A stretch of 20,000 nucleotides of DNA, from the IMG/VR virus record IMGVR_UViG_3300045125_000080. One strand, given 5' to 3'. Both the position numbers and the translations under genes were made by a program. Numbering within the stretch: the first letter of the stretch is position 1; every line of letters starts with the position of its first letter. The notes below the pieces were generated by a model. It worked only from the letters and a program-made list of their open reading frames with translations, ran no database searches and was not told the DNA's origin. The DNA is from an uncultured virus (IMG/VR IMGVR_UViG_3300045125_000080). Its lineage: Duplodnaviria > Heunggongvirae > Uroviricota > Caudoviricetes. Positions 14,837-20,000 of the stretch are shown piece by piece.

Positions 14837-17800
14837 TATCTACGAAACATTTCGTAATAGACTTGTTTGCCAATACTCTGTGCAAGAATCGTGTTCTGTG
14901 AGTATATATACTAATATTATATTTTTGCCTAATATGTAAGTTATTGATTTTCAGTTATATGCAATAATTTTATATGTGTAACTGATTGATTGTCAACCTG
15001 TTATAAATGCAAGCATTTATAACAGGTTGACAATCAATCAGTTACACATATAAAATTATTGCATATAACTGAAAATCAATAACTTACATATTAGGCAAAA
15101 ATATAATATTAGTATATATACTCACAGAACACATTCTTGCACAGAGTATTGGCAAACAAGTCTATTACGAAATGTTTCGTAGATAGATTCCTATAATAAA
15201 TATTATGTTAAGTAGCGCAATAAAAAGAGACTGTCCGACGATATTCTATGGTTGGATCTACGATGTATCGACGCTTGAGGAAAATCAACCCGGTGACTTG
15301 TATTCGGTGTAGCATCCTCAGCCAAAGGATCAATCCCTCGACCGAACGTTATCGGTAGCAATGACTGGTGGCTTTTCCGTGTGTGCTGTGTTGAGGCCAA
15401 CTTTCAGTAGATGCTAAATGGTATGAGTCCGGCAGCTGAACAAAGCCCCTTGCTTCGATGCCAATTGCGTTCGAGGTAACGCTTTAGCCCAGCAGGAGCG
15501 TGGTGATCTCGGAAGTCAGCTCTCGATCGCCCTGCGTGACTGTGTCTGTGTGGGTGTCATGTTTAAAACCACTTTTTTGCTCAACTGTGGCTCATTTTTG
15601 CACTAACTTATCGCTCGATTTGCTACGAGTTATCAGGATTCTGACTGTTGAAGCGCTTGCACTAATGTTGATATGCAATATAGAAGTCTAGAATTTTTGT
15701 AGGGTGGACATCCGACGGCTACAGGCTTTTTTTTCGTAGATAAAATACACAGGCTGATGTCGCCTTCGAAGTTTTCGGCATAAATAGAACGAGTCACAGC
15801 GTCTGCTCGACAGCTTTGAACTGATCATGTCTGTTGCTGCGAGATTTCATCAGTATCATGAGCCCAAACTCAAGCTAGCGTGGCACATCTTATGATTGCA
15901 TCAGGTGCGCAAGGCTCGACAGCAGACGCTTTTTCGGCCTCCGCCGCCGGCTCCTGTTAGGGCCATATAGCCCGCGCAAAAATTTGGTAGTAATGGTTGC
16001 TGTTCAAGGAGTGTAGAATTTGTAAACCACGACAGGTACTTGATGTCAGCGATTCTTTGCGTGCACTCCATTTCACTATGCACCGGGAGTTCGTCGTTTT
16101 AAAGAAATCGCATTCTTGGGTGTGCAACATGTGCATTATAGACCAGATCGAGCCAACTTCCAGTGAGTTTGATGCTGTTGTCCTCTGCGGGAGATGCCTT
16201 CATAGTGTACTATGCTCTGATCCGCCAACCTTCTTTCCATTATGGAATTACATGCAAGCCGCCTTGAAGTGCGCCCTATCGAGTGTTTGGCGGAGCGACT
16301 GTCTCTGTGCGGTAACAAACTGGAGAATCTGATGAAAGCCTATCAAGTTGTCCTCCAATTGTCCCTGTGCATACTAGAGCGTAGCTGTAGAGTGTCCCAG
16401 AATGCATCCAACAGTATTTCAGACAGTGTTTGCTATATTTCGATAGATACCTGAATCTCGTGAAAACACTCTGTGAAGTAGTACACCTTCGGCAAGCTAC
16501 TTCGATATCGGGATTTGGAGTATGTTTATGCAGCTCGGGAAATTGCCATTGCTTTCTTCAAGAATTCATCTGTGGTTTACTCGATGATTTCGTCGCTCTA
16601 CCCGGTTTCGAAGTCCCCGCCAAGAGTCACTCCGAGCTACTGACGGCGTTCGCTGCTCTTTGACTGTTGTGCAGTGTAGTCACGCTGTATGACTGAGGGA
16701 AGTCACGACACCACGACAGTACTCCGAGCTACTTGCACAGACTTATCGCTGTACGTCGAGAGAAAATCTCACTGCCCCCAAAAAATCTGCAATTGTGATG
16801 ATTGAGATTCTCTCTCTCTTGAATTACAAAAATACTGCCAAGCCGCACAAAGACCCATGCGGCATACCGACATACAGTGACAGAGTGCGCGTTTCTTTTT
16901 ATCTGTGAGAGCACGCAAGATGCGAGGCGCTCCGTGCCATGTACATCCGGAGGGAGAGGAGGAGCTACTACTCAAAATTCGAGTATGCAGATTTGGCAGA
17001 AAAACCCACTAGTACGAAGCTCCCAATCGTCGTTTGAAATAGCATAAATTGTGTGTGTTTTAAGAAAAAAAAAAGAAAGGCCCGTAGCTCAAACACCGCA
17101 GTGGCCATTTGCCCCTAATAACTAGCGGCCCCGGCCCAGATGCAAGCATGTAGCGAGACTGATATTTTCCAAACTCATTTTTTATAAAAGTTTGGGAAAG
17201 TCGTGAGTGGATTAATGCGGCGTTCAGGGAACATGTGTGTTTTCTTTGTTTCCCGGCGTGACTGGATGCGGAGTCTTGCGCGAGAGTGACTGTGATTCCC
17301 TTTTAGCCTGTTGGGGATTCCCCGCGGGATCGCTATGCTGTACCCTTCGTGCCAACCCTCTTTGTGCCTGATTGTGACGTTCCCGGCAGGAAGCCATGAA
17401 GATAACAGTCACTTGGCCTGCTCGGTTGGCATCGCACTCGGTCAGCGCCGCCGGGCCCTGAGTATACGTGTGTTCGGGGAGGTTGTGGTGTTTGGCTGGC
17501 AAGTTTTTGTAACAGGTCACTACCTTTTTGGATATAAGAAGATTGATTTTTGAAATTAATTATATCATATTGGGTATAGTAGAAGCATTTTGACAAATCC
17601 CAATAAAAAACATTTTCAGTCGTCAGAGGATTTCGCGGCTCAACTCGGATTGAAATCCGAATTGCGACAGAATTTGTCACGTTTTTTGCTACAAGCTGAC
17701 TTTCGGAAACACCGTACTAATGTAAAGTTTGTTGCTTGTTCATTTTTACGTTCACGTGACTTGAGGCATTTTGAGCTGTAGTTGAAATCGCGACAGTTGA

Positions 17801-20000
17801 GCGTGTACGAGATCTTGTACTTACTAGTATGTTTTGTCGCATTTTTAAACAAATTTGGGGCATTTGTCAGAACATTTTTTCGGGCGGAGCATTTTCGGAA
17901 GTAGCAAAGTCGTCGTATTTTGAAAGAGAGAGCGTGAAGTCAGCCCCAGTAATCCGATAAAGGAGGCGGCGCATAAAAAAAATTTTCGCCCGATGCTAAG
18001 CAGGCATTTAGCTGAATTAGCAGCCATTTATCGCGAATAGTATTGCGGTCATGCAAGTGTACAGCAAGCCCAAGAAGGCTTCCAGAACAATGCTATCCCA
18101 GCGATCGTTACAGCAAAGATGCTCAGCGTCAAGGAGTCTGTTACCAAAGCAAGAGGGAAAGACTATGCTCATTATGATCGATTATGGAATAACACTTTGT
18201 AGGTATAACAAGTTAATCATCGCAATCATCATATCTTTCCTCTATGCCGTACAAGCAATACTCGAGCTACAAATATGCCAAGGTATTAAAGGATAGTATC
18301 GGAAACCTTGAGAGATTTAGAAAAGGAGGCTATAGATAGGCGCGCGGCAGACCACATAGGTGAGCAAACACGCACTCGTTTCAGTCCCCACTGCAGTCTC
18401 ACCTGCTGAAATTAATTGACCAATTCAGAGCTACTGTCGGGTTTCAGGAAACATTGGACGGCAAGACACAGGGGTTGAGGGATTCACTCGGCTTCACTCT
18501 TGTAGTCGGGAATTTGTTATCCTATCCGTTTTCTTACCTACCAAGAAAGCTCCACTTGCACCTGTATGGTCATTTCTGTTATGCATGACGACGTAAATAG
18601 CAGGGTAAGTCAAAGTCAGATAATTGTTATAGATCCTTCATTAAAATGGTCGGTTTCGGTTTCTCTAATCAGAACAAATCTGGCATTCCACGATCCATTT
18701 CTTTCCGGTATACCCTTGGTCGTCGCTGTTTCTCCAACTCTATTCTATCGAATTTAGCGAGGAGATCTCCCATGTCCATCGCTGTTGTGGATTAACAAGG
18801 AGTTTGCCGCCCTGGCAAATGAGCGACCGGCAAGGAAATTTTTCCGTTTTGTCGTCTTTTCTCTGTAAAGGGAGGCTGAACATATCAGATCTCTCTTCTG
18901 ATATTTAGCAGCTCGCGTTTAACTAATACTTGTGCAACAGTTTCGTAAACGTCGTGAGCTATGCGTTTCCCACCGTGGTAAGTGTGGATTCACTTTTCTC
19001 ATACGTTCGCCCTACTCGTCGTACTTTCCGACGAGTCGATCTTCTGAGTGATGACTTCCTGAGCGCGCTCATAACCATACCCGCACGCCATTTTTCTGAA
19101 CTGTAGCGGCATTTCCCTTCACTGTAATGTTTAAGTAAGTAACCCCTTACAATTTTTAGACCAGACACTCTTCGCGATTGACGAAAGCGGGAAAACGTGC
19201 TTCAAATATGCATTTTCAAATATAATGTTCCGTCAATAAATCCAATGCCTGATTTCATTAGCGAGGTGCACATCCCACGCACCGTTGACTGCGTTCATTT
19301 GCTGTTCGTAGGCATGTTTACTTCATGCTTCTCTTTAATCGAAATTCGTTGCAATCGTGTGTTTCATTTTTTATCCATTTAAGCTTTTATGCAAATGGTG
19401 AATTTTTCTACGGCGGAGTACTACTCTTACAGCTCATCGTCTAGGTTAATCTTAAATCATCTTACAGTACATTTCTTTCTGGTATCTCTTCCTTCACACT
19501 TCCCCGTCATATCGGTATTTGCATCGCAAGATAGCGGTATAGATTATTGTTTTGTATGTTGCCGTTAATACCTCCGAGTTTTCCACGTAAAATAGTTATT
19601 TTTTTCTTTCTTTCAAGTCTTAAGATGCTGTCATTGCTGTCCCTATAACAACTATGCCAAGCAAGTATAATAGCCCGCTGCTGCAGCCTCTCTTAATGAA
19701 CGTCCGAGTTTGAATTGTTACGAGTCCGTTCCTCTTCAGTAACATTCACTTCTTTAATGTTTTAATCATTAAACACTTTATATCAATTACAGTATCGTGT
19801 TGGTAGTTACCGAAGCAGTAGGTCGTAATAAATAGCGAGATAGTGTAATTTATCTACTCGGTAGTTTCTCCTGCGTAATCTATGCATATCATTTAAAATA
19901 ACATTACTCCTATATCTACACTTCTTAGGTATGCCAATCATTTATACCAATAAGCAAGTATGTTTATTCTTCTGATTATATGTCATAGTTCCATCTACTC

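Larger units (their letters stand above)
9766..20000. repeat. Giant fold-back inverted repeat centred on 15011-15012; 15013-20000 is a degraded reverse-complement copy of ~9766-15010
   Basis: ...TTATAAATGC-AA-GCATTTATAA...; ~200 nt near-perfect, then noisy but co-linear (GYMALTGA reappears in ORF 15901..16083; window end mirrors ~9766-9820). Confidence 0.97.

Noticed and set aside
14901..14916. Borrelia-type telomere box TAGTATA
   Set aside because: It lies ~100 nt from the fold rather than close to it, and is easily produced by chance in AT-rich DNA.
15203..20000. All track ORFs in the right-hand 5 kb as novel genes or a diverged paralogous region
   Set aside because: They are noisy reverse-complement copies of ~9766-14800 (e.g. 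GYMALTGA, KLIIAIII, HNLP..H...PAALTEC fragments). Indel-dominated decay with no frame preservation points to read error, not evolution.

Overview
Positions 1-15010 look like part of a tailed dsDNA phage of a Bacteroidota host, judged from repeated TTTG-N19/20-TAnnTT(T/C)G promoters. The sequence appears to be an uncorrected long read, since nearly every long gene has 1-nt indel frameshifts. Left to right it carries: an array of tiny genes joined by a shared 'KQEIEKL*/ATG' junction repeat; two glycosyltransferase-like genes (DUF5672-like+GT9 fusion and a second GT-B/GT9-like protein); a LuxR-type HTH; an HNH/NinG-like nuclease; an ADP-heptose-type sugar-nucleotide cluster (RfaE-II transferase, cupin, HAD phosphatase, RfaE-I/PfkB kinase); a DUF1376/YdaU-like initiator with internal iteron-like repeats; a T7 gp4/Twinkle-like primase-helicase; an SSB; a tRNA-like element; a Rad52/Sak-like annealing protein; a YqaJ-like exonuclease; and a RusA-like resolvase. 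A dif-like XerCD site lies at 14809-14836. At 15011/15012 the sequence folds back: 15013-20000 is the reverse complement of ~9766-15010, near-perfect for ~200 nt and then heavily degraded, so it holds no new genes. This is either read-through of a hairpin DNA end or a fold-back artefact. Best leads: the fold point beside the dif site and RusA; strong enrichment of a (GA)CTTCCC motif; the junction-repeat gene array; the heptose/GT9 system; and a structured leader before the replication operon. All family calls come from motif recognition by eye; no database search was run.
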